Source: Octopus sinensis (taxonomy: Eukaryota). From it: a stretch of 64,000 nt of DNA. Location: positions 18,228,001-18,292,000 of the forward strand of contig NC_043002.1 in NCBI RefSeq assembly GCF_006345805.1. The letters run 5' to 3'. Shown piece after piece: positions 51,959 through 64,000 of the stretch; the first letter of the stretch is position 1, and every line of letters starts with the position of its first letter. The position numbers and the translations under genes were made by a program. The notes beneath the pieces were generated by a model, which did not search any database, was not told the DNA's origin, and saw nothing but the letters and a program-made list of their open reading frames with translations.

Positions 51959-52172
51959 TAAGATGGCGTGCTAACAGAATCGTTGGAATGCCGGGTAAGC
52001 TACTTAACGGTATTTCGTTCGTGTTTTTGTCTGAGTTCAAATTCCACCGGGGCCGTCTTTTATCCTTTCGAGGTCGATAAAATAAATACGAGTCGAGCAC
52101 TGAAGTCAGTTTAATCGACTTACCCCTTCTCCCAAACTTTCTGGTCTTGTGTCTATAGTAGAAAGTATTATT
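51959..52172 (+). mobile_element. Diverged SINE family C, tail C2
   Basis: Head, core and CTTGTGTCTATAGTAGAAAG tail, followed by (ATT)n(AGT)n. Confidence 0.75.
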
Positions 52173-52207
52173 GCTGTTGTTTATATTATTATTATTATTA
52201 TTATTAT

Positions 52208-52280
<73 letters not shown>

Positions 52281-52281
<1 letters not shown>

Positions 52282-52804
52282 AGTGAGAGAGCAGTGCATG
52301 CCACCATCAAAGTGACACTGGGGTAAAATATACGAAGCCCAGTATAACCATCATGACTACCCGTCTGATAATGGTACACTAGGCACATGCATCACAAACA
52401 TATGTGCGCGACATAGGGATCTCCTATCAAGATAAACAACACATGACCTTGCAGGTGGGGCCCAGTTAGAATTTTCTTCTGGTCGAGTAGCCCATCCTGC
52501 TCAAAAGGTCCCTGAATAAGAATTGAATTATCCAAAAAGCAAGACTTCCTTTCAACACATGGCTATGATGCTCCTCCTCTACTTCTGCTAGTGATCAGAG
52601 ATGCACATATCGTCAGCTACCAAGGAACATGCTCACTGGTTAAGGTCAAACAACTGACAAACAATCCTGTGGTATTGAGCCGTAGCCCATCTTTTATACC
52701 AAGAAAAAAAAATGTACGTTATAATACTTCCAGGCAGTTAAGATCAGCAACCATGAGAGCAACTGTCTGGTACTGCATCAGGGCAATAAGTACTGCATCA
52801 GGGC
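52281..52804 (-). mobile_element. Family F copy with duplicated terminus
   Basis: Colinear with 10932-11485. GTACTGCATCAGGGC is repeated at 52770-52784 and 52790-52804. Flanked by (AGT)n and (ATT)n. Confidence 0.85.
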
Positions 52805-52842
52805 TATTATTATCGTCATTATTATTATTGTTATTATTATTA

Positions 52843-52902
<60 letters not shown>

Positions 52903-52913
52903 TATTATTATCA

Positions 52914-52947
<34 letters not shown>

Positions 52948-52952
52948 CATTG

Positions 52953-53007
<55 letters not shown>

Positions 53008-53010
<3 letters not shown>

Positions 53011-53200
53011 GGCGGTGAGCGAAACGCTTAGTGGTATTTCGTCTGTCTTCACATTCTGAGTTAAAATGCCACCGTGGTCATCTTTGCCTTTAATTCTTTC
53101 GGAATTGATAAAGTAAGTACCAGTTACGCACTGTGGGTGATATAATCGACTTAATCCTTTCCCACAAATTTGAGGTATTGTGCTTCCAGTAGAAAGGAGT
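53008..53200 (+). mobile_element. Diverged SINE family C, tail C2
   Basis: AAGGCGGTGAGC head, AAGTACCAGTTACGCACTG core. Confidence 0.75.
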
Positions 53201-53210
53201 ATTATTATTA

Positions 53211-53256
<46 letters not shown>

Positions 53257-53300
53257 TAGTAGTAGTAGTAATAGTAGTAGCAGTGGTGGTGGTGGTGGTG

Positions 53301-53336
<36 letters not shown>

Positions 53337-53410
53337 GTTATTGTTGTAGTAGTAGTAGTAGTAGTAGTACCATCATCATCATTATAATTATTATTATTAT
53401 TATTAATATA

Positions 53411-53813
53411 CTCTTTTACTTCTTTCAGTCATTTGACTGTGGCCATGCTGCAGTATCGCCTTTAGTGGAGCAAATCGACCCCAGGACTTATTCTTTGTAA
53501 GCCTAATACTTATTCTATCGGTCTCTTTTGCCATACCGTTAAGTTACGGGGACGTAAACACACCAGCATCGGTTGTCAAGTGATGTTGGGAGGACAAACG
53601 TAGACACACAAACATACACACACACACACACAAACATACACATATATATATACATATATACGACGGGCTTCTATCAGTTTCCGTCTACCAAATCCACTCA
53701 CAAGGCTTTGGTCAGCCCGAGGCTACAGCAGAAGACACTTGCCCAAAGTGCCACGTAGTGGGACTGAACCCGGAACCATGTGGTTGGTAAGCAAACTACT
53801 TACCACACAGCCA
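53411..53813 (-). mobile_element. SINE family A
   Basis: Reverse-complement match to 352-774. Confidence 0.9.
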
Positions 53814-53821
53814 TATTATTA

Positions 53822-53879
<58 letters not shown>

Positions 53880-53885
53880 CATTAA

Positions 53886-53942
<57 letters not shown>

Positions 53943-54949
53943 CTAATAACCACATACCGATATATTTATTACACTTTTCCAGTGTTGTTAACATTTTTTT
54001 TTTCCTAATCCCAGAAAAATATAGTTACTTTCCGTAATGTCTGAACTTTACCATCTTGATCTATCAAACTTTTACAAACTGTCTCTCTTATTGCATTAAT
54101 TCTTTCTTCAAAAACACAACTATACTCTGTCACTTCCTCGCTTAAACTAATAAACTAATAAAAACTGACGAGATGAAAAGAGTGTGGCACTATATATTTT
54201 TTAAACTACTTACCAATATGTATTTATTTGTTTGCCTTTCACACTTTGTAAACTTATTTAACTATATTTAGTTTCTTTCATAAGTTTCATATTTCTTTGC
54301 CTCTGCTGTTTACGCATATACAGTATATATATATAAAAAAAACAGTTTTCAAACGTGAACCTTTTGACAAACCTTCGCTTTAATTTAATATCTAAACTTC
54401 ATGCAATTTCTTTTCACACAATTTTTCTTTTTCTAAACTTTCCATATTATTTCTGCCTTGCCTCTAACGTTTTATTTTCTCCAACAACAAAATTAGCTCC
54501 TACGAAAATAACTTCTCCTTGTACCTTCACCAGCAACGTTTCTCAATGTTCACTTCCTAGGAGCCATATTATCTAATATGCTTCTACCTACTTTTCACAA
54601 ATAAATTTCACTGTCTTCCTCTCACAAGCATCAATTTAAGCATATTATATTTTTAAGCATGTAATATTTTTAACCAGTTTCAAATTCACGAATCTCTGAC
54701 AGTCACCCATTTTCATTTTCTAATAAGCTTATTTCGTCTTCGTTTTAATTATCTTCCTATCTGTCACACTACAAACACCAACACCTCAACTGCTAGCTCG
54801 TTTCGGTAATGTAAACTTTAATAATTGCAAAATTAATACATTATTATAAATTTCCCTCCTTTATAAATCTGAAAATATTCATTCTTATTAGGAAATTTAA
54901 CTGTCATTCATTTTACATTAACTCCACTTGAGTTTCATTATCGAATAAA

Positions 54950-55346
54950 TCTTTATATATAAAAGTGAGTTGTGTGCTGTCTGTCTCCTACGATTTAGAT
55001 TCCTAACTACTCCCACATTTTGCGGTGCAGTTGAACAAAAACCGGGTATCTTATAGTCGTGATTCATATCGAGCCCTTCTGGGTATTAGCGCGCGTCTAC
55101 GATGAGTCTACGATTTAAAAAAAAATTTGCCATCAATTTTTCCCATTTTTAATGCATTTTTGGCATACATAAGAGAAGTAACTCTCTAAAAATTTATTAT
55201 TAAATCTCAGAACGTAAAACGCTACAGTAACACCCCCCCCCTTTGTGGTTAGCCATATTGAGATGGCTATTATATTTTACATCTCTAAAAATGCTTATAT
55301 AGTTATTTCCCTTACAAACCCGAGCAACGCCGGGCGATACTGCTAG
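54950..55346 (+). mobile_element. Small non-autonomous Helitron (397 bp)
   Basis: A | TCTTTATATATAAAAG ... CCCGAGCAACGCCGGG CGATACTG CTAG | T; no TSD. Confidence 0.9.
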
Positions 55347-55699
55347 TATTTTCTATATTTAAAGACGTACCAACTGAATCTTAATCGCTAAGCTTGCTAA
55401 AATTTGTTCTAACGGAAACACCTTTGCAAACTTTGGCACTCAATATTTTATACGGGCACACACATGTAAATTACATACATACATTGCGCGCGCACACACA
55501 CACACACACATACACACATATACGTGTGTGTGTGTGTATATACATATATATATATATATATATATTCGCCATCTTATATCAATTTCGCGCTTGCGCATTC
55601 TTTCTTTTGAATTTTAGCGACTACACAGTCTAGTAGGGTACATCGGGCACCGTCTGTTAGAGAAACAGCAGCATGATGCAATTGACTCTACCAGGAATT

Positions 55700-56640
55700 T
55701 GGAAACGACATGCTAAGCTGCTTGACTTTCACACCGGAAGCTCCAATACAAACAGATGGTGAACACACAGAACAACCGTTGGCTTGCTGTGTCGCCAAAA
55801 CAAATACCGAATGATTAAAGTCAAACTTCCAGTCAACATCATGTTATTTCGAGGGATCACTAATGATGGAGACGTTATGCCTCCATTCAACTTCTCACAC
55901 GGCGACACTCAACTTGGATGCCTACATTAAGTGCCTGGAGGAGGTAGTGTTGCTCTGGGTAAAGTGGGTGGCTGCTGGAAGACCTCATGTCTAGCAATAG
56001 GACTCTCCATCATGCCACACAAGCGGGAGAACCTAGTCATGACTGTCAGACAATTTCATTTTTTTTTTTGCCTACAAGGGGCTAAACATAGAGGGGACAA
56101 AGAAGGACAGACAAACGGATTAAGTCGATTACATCGACCCCAGTGCGTAACTGGTACTTAATTTATTGACCACGAAAGGATGAAAGGCGAAGTTGACCTC
56201 GGCGGAATCTGAACTCAGAACGCAGCGGGGGATGAAATACCACAAAGTATTTCGCCCGGCGTGCTAACGTTTCTGCCAGCTCGCCGCCTTAAAAGCAATA
56301 TATGTGACCACATCACCCCTAGCATCTGGTCAACTAACTCCCCAGACTGCAACCCCCTTGATTATTATATTCTGGAACACAGTTGAGTGACAGATCAACA
56401 AAACTCCTTGTAACACCAAAGATGAACTGAAGGCAAGAATTGTGGTAACATTCACCACCTTAAACGAGGAGACGCCCAGAAGAGTTGCAGACGATACCGA
56501 AGCCGTCTGGAGGCCGTCGTTGAAGCCAATAGCGATTTTATTGAATAAGTTTACTCTTTAGTATTTCAAGATATTTTTATATAATTTTGGTAACTATATC
56601 TGGTAAAATGATATGTCAGTGTTATTTTCTTGTGTCTGAG
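55700..56640 (+). mobile_element. Degenerate Tc1/mariner transposase (maT/DD37D-like), interrupted by a SINE C at ~56060-56290 (minus)
   Basis: VNTQNNRWLAVSP, GDVMPPF, YIKCLEEVVLLWVK, WSTNSPDCNPLDYY, SRLEAVVEANSDFIE*. Confidence 0.8.
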
Positions 56641-56846
56641 GAAAGCCGTTCTCTTTTATTGCCTTATTAATTCAACACATTCACCGGTCTGATTTCGACT
56701 CATTAACTTATTTATTTTTACTAAAATTTTCGTTGCGTCTTGCAAACTTTTCAATAGTCATTGAATCTGTCCGTTATCGGAATTGCGTTCTTATTTTTTT
56801 GTTTGTTCGTGCGCATGCGTGTGCGTGAGTGTGCGTGCGCATACAC

Positions 56847-56877
<31 letters not shown>

Positions 56878-57559
56878 TGTATGTATGTATGTATGTATGT
56901 ATGTATGTATGTGTGTGTATGCATATGTGTGTATGGATGTATGTGTGCGTGTATATATATATATATGTATATATAAATATTTTTTCCTTGTTAACAATTA
57001 ACACGGAAAAAATAGATAAATAGTTACCAGGGTACCGAAAAATCACACAAGTAAAAAGGTTGTAACTCTTTGTTTTTAAAGGTAGAAACTCCGGGTTTAC
57101 GTAAAATATTTTGCATAATATATATAAATAAATAAATGGAGTTAAACGCAGGTGTTACTCAAATTCTTTTACTTCCGACACATGTTTCGAAGATATCACT
57201 GGTATTATACCAAATGAATAAAATGGTGTAAAACAATGTAATCTTTTCTTGTTTTGATTATCGTTTCGTTATACATTTATACTTATTCAAATACAGTGTT
57301 CCTATGTGAGTATTCTTCATGATTTAAAATGTTATCCACCTTTTATAAGGTCATTCGCTCATAAGTTTGTCTCTGTATAACTTGTCAGTTTCAACGTACA
57401 CACACACATATACACGCATACACAAACACACACACACAAACACGTCTTTATGAGCCCCTGTTCAACGTTTCTTTTTGCATTTTCCTGTATCTCTTCGATA
57501 GTTAGCGACTAGTAAGGAAATCGTAATTTTGCATTTCATTTGTCAGAGCTTGCGATTTC

Positions 57560-57730
57560 ACTTCCTCCGGCTAATTCAGTAAGCTGCTGTCAAGGTTCTC
57601 ACAAGATCTTCTTCCAATATATTTAACACCCGGGTACCAGTCTCAAAGTCCTCGCTGTTCCCGATAAAGCAGTTTTCTGAGGATGTTCTACTCACATGTC
57701 AATCCCGATTTCTCCAACGAATTTCTACCA
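57560..57730 (-). mobile_element. RLE retrotransposon 3'-end fragment, same family as 9861-10500
   Basis: Minus strand VGEIGIDM*VEHPQKTALSGTARTLR parallels VRETGIDMRAEEA*NTILLGTTRTL at ~10030-10075. Confidence 0.55.
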
Positions 57731-58004
57731 CTCAGAGCTCAAATTCTGCTGTGGTCGACTTTGACATTCATCCTTTCGAAGTCAATAAAAGGAAGTGCTA
57801 GTTTTGTACTGGGGTCAGTGTAAAAGTTGATCCCGTGCCAAAATTTGAAACAATCATGAGGTAAAAAATGGTGCATACAGTAACTCATTTGTGAAGTTTC
57901 TTTCGTTGATATTTACCTTGACAGTTTATCGATTTACACTCACCTCCGACATTGCTAGCCTTGTGCCTAGAGTAGAAAGATTATTATTATTATTATTATT
58001 ATTA

Positions 58005-58063
<59 letters not shown>

Positions 58064-58146
58064 GTTATTGTTGTTGTTGTTGTTATTGTTATTATTATTA
58101 TTTATTATTATTGTTGTTGTTGTTGTTATTGTTGTTATTATTATTA

Positions 58147-58182
<36 letters not shown>

Positions 58183-58224
58183 TATTATTATTGTTATTAT
58201 TATTATACAATTATTATTATTAGT

Positions 58225-58512
58225 GAGTGAGAGCAGTGCATGCCATCAAAGTGACACTGGGTTGAAATATACGAAGCCCAGTATATCCATCATGACTACC
58301 CGTCTCATAAGGGCACACTAGGCACATGCATCACAACCATGACCTTGCAGGTGGGACCCAGTTAGAATTTTATTCTGGTTGTGTAACCCATCCCGCTCAA
58401 AAGGTCCCTGAATAAGAGTTGTTTAAGAATGAACGAAACACCTAGATTTCCAGAGGTGAATTATTCAACCCCAAACAATCCCTCTCGAAACATGCCCCTG
58501 ATGCTCCCCTAC
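58225..58512 (-). mobile_element. Family F, truncated copy
   Basis: Retains the GAGTGAGAGCAGTGCATGCC end, lacks the other half; (ATT)n on both sides. Confidence 0.85.
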
Positions 58513-58576
<64 letters not shown>

Positions 58577-59051
58577 CATCATTATTTTTTTTTTCACTGC
58601 GGAATACGTAACACATTTTTTCGAACAGGCTTCGTAAGTTATGTGTTTTTTACCCTATCTTTAGAAATATATGTTATTAATTTTTGTTCTAAACTGACAA
58701 TAAGAAGACCAGGACACTTTTGGCAGGTGTTCGGTGGTTGTTTCTACTCCGTAAGGGGCAGCATTTATTCATTTAATTATTTATTGCACTCATAAAATGC
58801 CCTACCTTGTGTAAAAAAAAGAAACACAGATACGCAAGATAGCATCATCATTATCGCCATTACCATCAGCGTCAGCGATCATCATGGGCGCGTTGAGGGA
58901 GAAAGCCGTTCCTCCTGCCACCCTTCCTACTGAAAAAGATTACCCCCATCCATATCAGTCACACTCAGCAACAACAACAGCAGCAGCAGCAGCAGGAGCA
59001 GCAGCCCAAGCAATGTAAGGGCTCGCGAAATCAGCAGCAGCAACAGCAATA

Positions 59052-59740
59052 TCCCGGTGGTTAGGGCAGTGGAATCGCGGTAATAAGAAGGCGGTTTCGA
59101 TTCCCAGACTGGGCATTGTGAGTGCTTATTGAACAAAAACACCTAAGCTCCACGAAGCTCCGGCGGGTTTGGAGGGGGTGAACCCCGCTGTACTCTTTCA
59201 CCACAACTTTCTCTCACTCTTTCTTCCTACTTCTGCGACAAAGCATAGGGACCATGATGTAACCCACTATGGTGTGGTAAACTCTCATACCCTAGTCTAG
59301 ATTGCGAATCCTCTTTACCCCAGGATGGTTCAGCTCTCCACCCGTTAAAAGCTGCCGTTTACAGAATGAAGATAACAACGTAGCTTTCGGGCCCGTGATA
59401 TTATTATTTGTGGCTAATGGCTTGAGTCCTGATTGGAAGAAGAAGAAGAGAAGAAGAAGAAGAAGAAGAAGAAGAAGGAGGAGGAGGAGGAGGAGGAGGA
59501 GGAGAAAAGAAGAAGAAGAAAAGAAGAAGAAGAAGAAGGTGGAGGAGGAGGAGGAGGAGAAGAATAAAAGAAGAAGAAGAAGAAAAGAAGAAGAAGAAGA
59601 AGGAGGAGGAGGAGAGAGAAGAAGAAGAAGAAAAGAAGAAGAAGAAGAAGAGAAGAAGAAGGAGAAGAAGAAGAAGGAGGAGGAGGAGGAGAAGAAAAGA
59701 AGAAGAAGAGAAGAAGAAGAAGAGAAGAAGAAAAGAAGAA

Positions 59741-59787
<47 letters not shown>

Positions 59788-59808
59788 AGGAGAAGAAGAA
59801 GAAGAAAA
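59052..59808 (+). mobile_element. Chimeric SINE: head B + a third tail + (GAA/GGA)n run, flanked by ~55-65-bp direct repeats
   Basis: Head B 59052-59230, unrelated segment 59232-59436, purine run 59437-59808. AGCAGCAGCC.AAGCAATGTAAGGGCTCGCGAA...ATCAGCAGCAGCAACAGCA at 58997-59051 and 59810-59876. Confidence 0.65.
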
Positions 59809-59879
59809 CAGCAGCAGCCTAAGCAATGTAAGGGCTCGCGAAGCATGTGAAATCAGCAGCAGCAACAGCAGCAATACGA

Positions 59880-60648
59880 GGGGGCAAGTCAATTAGATCG
59901 ACCCCAGTATGCAATTGATACTTAAATTATCGACCCCGAAAGGATGAAAGGCAAAGTTAACCTCGGCTGAATTTGAACTCAGAACGTAGACAGATGAAAT
60001 ACCTATTTCTTTACTACCCACAAGGGGTTAAACACTGAGAGGAAAAACAAGGACAGACAAACGGATTAAGTCGATTATATCGACCTCAGTGCGTAACTGG
60101 TACTTATTTAATCGACTCCGAAACTATGAAAGGCAAAGTCGACCTCGGCGGAATTTGAAATCAGAACGTAGCAGTAGACGAAATACCGCTAAGCATTTCG
60201 CCCGGCGTGTTAACGTTTCTGCTAGCTCGCCGCCTTTTTAAAAGAATAATCTTTTCTACTCTAGGCACAAGGCCCTAAATTTTGGGGGGGATGTGGCCAG
60301 TCGATTATATCGACCCCAGTGCGTAACTGGTACTTAATTTATCGACTACGAAAGGATGAAAGGCGAAGTCGACCTCGGCGGAATTTGAACTCAGAACGTA
60401 ACGGCAGACGAAATACCTATTTCTTTACTACCCACAAGGGACTAAACAAAGAGAGGACAAACAAGGACAGACAAACGGATTAAGTCGATTATATCGACTC
60501 CAGTGCGTAACTGGTACTTATTTAATCGACCCCGAAAGGATGAAAGGCAAAGTCTACCTCGGCTGAATTTGAACTCAGAACGTAAACACAGACGAAATAT
60601 CGCTAAGCATTTCGCCCGGCATGCTAACCTTTCTGCCAGCTCGCCGCC
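59880..60648 (-). mobile_element. Two tandem dimeric SINE C elements
   Basis: 59880-60236 and 60245-60648 each read head-core-tailC1-core-(tailC2), with the same junction GAAATACCTATTTCTTTACTACC. Confidence 0.8.
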
Positions 60649-60889
60649 GTCTGCCTTTTTATATTCTGAAATCAAATTCAGTCTCGGATTTAAAAGTATA
60701 ACAATTCGATTAGAATGATAACTATTCGATGTGATTCGATCAAGTTTGTCTTAACGTGGAACATGCGTCTTCAATGCTAACGACAAGAAAATAAATTAAG
60801 TACCAGTTGCATACTGGAGTCGATCTAATCGACTGCCACAAACTTATCCTCGTTTCTATGTTCTGCTTTCATAAAGGATGATTTTATAT

Positions 60890-61050
60890 TATTTTCTACT
60901 GTAGACACAAGGCCCGAAATTTTGGGGAAAGGGTCCAGTCGATTATATCGATCCCAGTACGCGACTGGTACTTAATTGATCGACGCCGAAAGGATGAAAG
61001 GCAAAGTCGACCTCGACAGAATTTGAACTCAGAACGTAAAAACAGACGAA
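60890..61050 (-). mobile_element. 5'-truncated SINE family C, tail C2
   Basis: TTTTCTACTGTAGACACAAGGCC...GAATTTGAACTCAGAACGT. Confidence 0.8.
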
Positions 61051-61715
61051 GGATGATTATATATTATAAAACGAAAGACAATCTTTGATTTAAAGTGGAA
61101 CTAAAAAAACACAAAATAATTTTCAAACTTCACCTCAACATTGAAAGCAATTAAAATCAGTGTCTAGCAGAATAAAAAGAATTTTTTCGTGTATCTATAT
61201 GTCTATATGTCTATGTGTATCTGTTGTCTAGCAGCTCTTTGCCGGTTTTTTTTTTCTCTTAAGCCTGAATATTTATAACTTAAAACGATTTATCTGTTGC
61301 TTCTTTTTTCTTACTTATTCAAACAATAATTTTTTTACTTATTCAAACAAATATTACCAAATTTGAAAGTAAGGTAATCTCTCAGACACACCTGTGGTTA
61401 GGATTTAGAAAATGTCACAAACTGCCTATTGGCAGAACTGGTTCACTTTGCATTATCCGTTAAATAAAATCTAATTTTACACAAAACGTTACGCTTGTTT
61501 GGGTATAAATACATTACAAATTCCCAACTATTTGTAAAGGAAATTGCTATTCAGTGTAATTCGTATTAAAAATAGGGTATAAACAAAAAGAAAAACGGCA
61601 ATAATACATTATCTCAACTGGGATATTTGATATAAAGTCTGTTGTTGTGGAATAGCTGAAATGAAATAAAACCAAAATTTAACAAAAAACTTTTTGAAGA
61701 GCCGTACGCCCCAGA

Positions 61716-62044
61716 GTTTATTTATTTATGCGCCCTTTTCAAGCCTAGCCAGGCTCAAGGGCTTGGTTTCCCAGTTTCTATGGCGTTTGTGTCCCCCCCC
61801 TCCCAGCTAGACGGGACGCTAGTCCATCGCAGCATCACTCAAGAAACAGGAAAAAATAGTGTGAGAAAGTTGAGGCGAAAGAGTACAACAGGGGTCGCCA
61901 CCACCCTCTGCCGGAGCCTCGTAGACATTTTAGGTGTTTTCCCTCAATAAACACACACAACGCCCACGCCCGGTCAGGGAATCAAAACCGCGATCCTCCG
62001 ACCGCGACTCCGCTGCCCAAACCACTGGGCCATTGCGCCTCCAC
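61716..62044 (-). mobile_element. SINE, head B + tail 1
   Basis: Head matches 5008-5200; tail matches 3865-3970. Confidence 0.9.
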
Positions 62045-62636
62045 AACGTCCCCAGTATTGGAAGATAAACCAACCTCAATTTGTATATTACCGTCTCGTA
62101 AAAGTAGTACATATTGCATATTGTTCCTAAAATAAGTAAAAGGAGATAATCTGAACTCGACCGACATTGATTATAAGTCTTAACGTTAAGATTTGACTGG
62201 TCAATAAATATCATTAACGACAACAGGCATCAATAATCGAGTAAGCCTGCCAGGGGACTTGTAAGAGGTCATTCAGCTTGCTAGAAATAGTCTCCAAATA
62301 TCCTTCACCTCAGACTCTTCAAAATAAGATCATATAATATTGCCCAAGATATACTTTGCCTAAGATAAGGATGGAATGGCCACGTCTTTAGTACTTTAGA
62401 TTAAATGTTTACTTGATCAGGGTATAATCTGGGTCAGACAACAACATCGGCAAAAAGAAATAGAAAATAGTGTCTCAGAATATTTATTAATCTAAATAAT
62501 AATCGTCGACAACGTGTCTCTAATATTAGAGTATATTCCTGCTTTTCAGAGCAAACTATTAACAGGGGTACAAATAAGACAGAGTACATATTTGAAGACA
62601 ATCAGCAAGCATGATTTGCATCACGGATTGGTAATA

Positions 62637-63536
62637 CGTGGTCTGATCAATAAGTATCTGGACTGTTGCTATAATCACGAAGCTGAGGCACAGAGAGTGA
62701 AGCCGCTAGGCACAGATTGACCTTGAACTATACTGTGCATGCGCACTAAATTTTAACGTTGTAGCTCCCTTCTGCTGTTTACAGCAGTGCTTGGAAGAAA
62801 CGTGTGTGGCGTGTGATCGTCGCATTGACCATGACAGGGAAAGTTGTGCAGAGAATCTGCATCAAATTTTGCCAAAAGCTTGGTGATATCTGATCAGAGA
62901 CTTATGCAATGTTTTCAAACAGTTTTCATCGTTCTCGACACAATTAATCTCGACACAATCTTGTGCACATGAAACCCGAATATCTTTCTGGTCAGCTAAA
63001 AGGAGTTTTGGCACAAGCTTCGCAGACACGCGTCTCAAGCACAAACTGTCAGTGATAATAGACTGAACTGAACCGTAACTAAACTGCACATGTTCTGATA
63101 ACTTACATATGGTGATTCGACGATTTCCCCTCACCGCTGGAATCACATCTGCGATGTTTTCTTAGTTCTGCTGGTTGCGGGTCTCTCAGAACGTTCGTCA
63201 ATATCGACATTTTTTCGGCCATTCTGGAAACGTCTGAATCACTTGTACACTTGTGTGTGACTCTTACACTCTTCTCCATACACTTTCTACAACTTTTTGT
63301 AGGCTTCTTAACAAGTGTCGCCATGACAACTTGCACTGTCATTGTCAATGCGACGATCGCACGCTACACACGTTCCTTCCAAGCACTCCTGTAAACAGCG
63401 TAAGTGAACCAGTACGTTAAAACTTAATGCGCATACACAGTAGAGATGAAGGTCAATCTGCGTCAAGCGGCATCACTCTACGTGTTTTAAGTCCATTACT
63501 ATGGCAACAGTCTGGATACTTAATGAACAGACCTCG
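62637..63536. mobile_element. Mariner composite of two convergent 5' ends
   Basis: Plus 62637-62909: TIR, 5' UTR, MTGKVVQRICIKFCQKLG. Minus 62910-63536: TIR, 5' UTR, HTH region ..DERSERPATS..VRGNRRITI..SYGSVQSII..RRVSAKLVPKLL..ENDENCLKT. Confidence 0.85.
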
Positions 63537-63931
63537 AATATCCAAAACATGCCGGTAAAGAAAATAAAACAAACGCAAGAACAATGGAATTTAATCTGAA
63601 ATGAAATTATCGAACAAGTTCAGTATTTCGGTCTGATCCCTTTCCTCAAGAGATGGACTAACTGAAAGCTGTGCTACAACAGATTCGAATAATGGATCTT
63701 TGTCAAGAAACATAATATGAAGAACCATATCAGATAATGGCCAAGAGACGTAAAAGAGCGGCCAGAGTTTTCTCAGCAGAAGAAATTACATTTACAGAAG
63801 ATAATAAGCATAAGCTCGCGCGCAGGTGTGCATATTTTTATGTACATATTTCCGAGTGTATGTAAACAAGTTTATACCACTTGTCATATTTGAGGAGAGC
63901 GGGGGTCTGTTATTACGGGTGTGTGCGTGCA

Positions 63932-63937
<6 letters not shown>

Positions 63938-63998
<61 letters not shown>

Positions 63999-64000
63999 GT
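63938..64000. repeat. (TG)n microsatellite
   Basis: Direct reading. Confidence 0.95.

Noticed and set aside
63735-63870. MAKRRKRAARVFSAEE as a transposase or nuclear-protein start
   Set aside because: The frame closes within ~45 codons; no TIR or downstream domain.

Overview
AT-rich animal non-coding DNA, intronic or intergenic, packed with tRNA-derived SINEs, microsatellites and transposon relics. The SINE repertoire resembles what I associate with octopus genomes (recall, not verified). I can support no host protein-coding exon, tRNA gene, rRNA gene or CRISPR array; almost all listed ORFs come from microsatellites or mobile elements. Supported coding relics are: R4/Dong-type restriction-like-endonuclease (RLE) non-LTR retrotransposons (one young 1.66 kb copy in (TAA)n, plus fragments), a CR1-type LINE end, several Tc1/mariner fragments and a piggyBac transposase N-terminus. 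The best structure is at 33.6-38.6 kb. A 3,876-bp segment (34451-38326, minus) starts with TC, ends with hairpin+CTAG, and sits in an A|T site with no TSD, splitting one arm of an older long-TIR element. It carries a piggyBac relic, a 22 x 116-bp satellite seeded at the transposase truncation point, and a small Helitron as its 3' end, consistent with one composite Helitron formed by end-bypass capture. Other leads: a ~555-bp retroposon found only in (ATT)n tracts (one copy with an apparent ~100-bp target duplication), head-to-head RLE 3' ends, combinatorial SINE head/tail modules, and a mariner built from two left ends. SINE family letters A, B, C, E and F are my working labels. Coordinates were counted by eye and may be off by a few bases.
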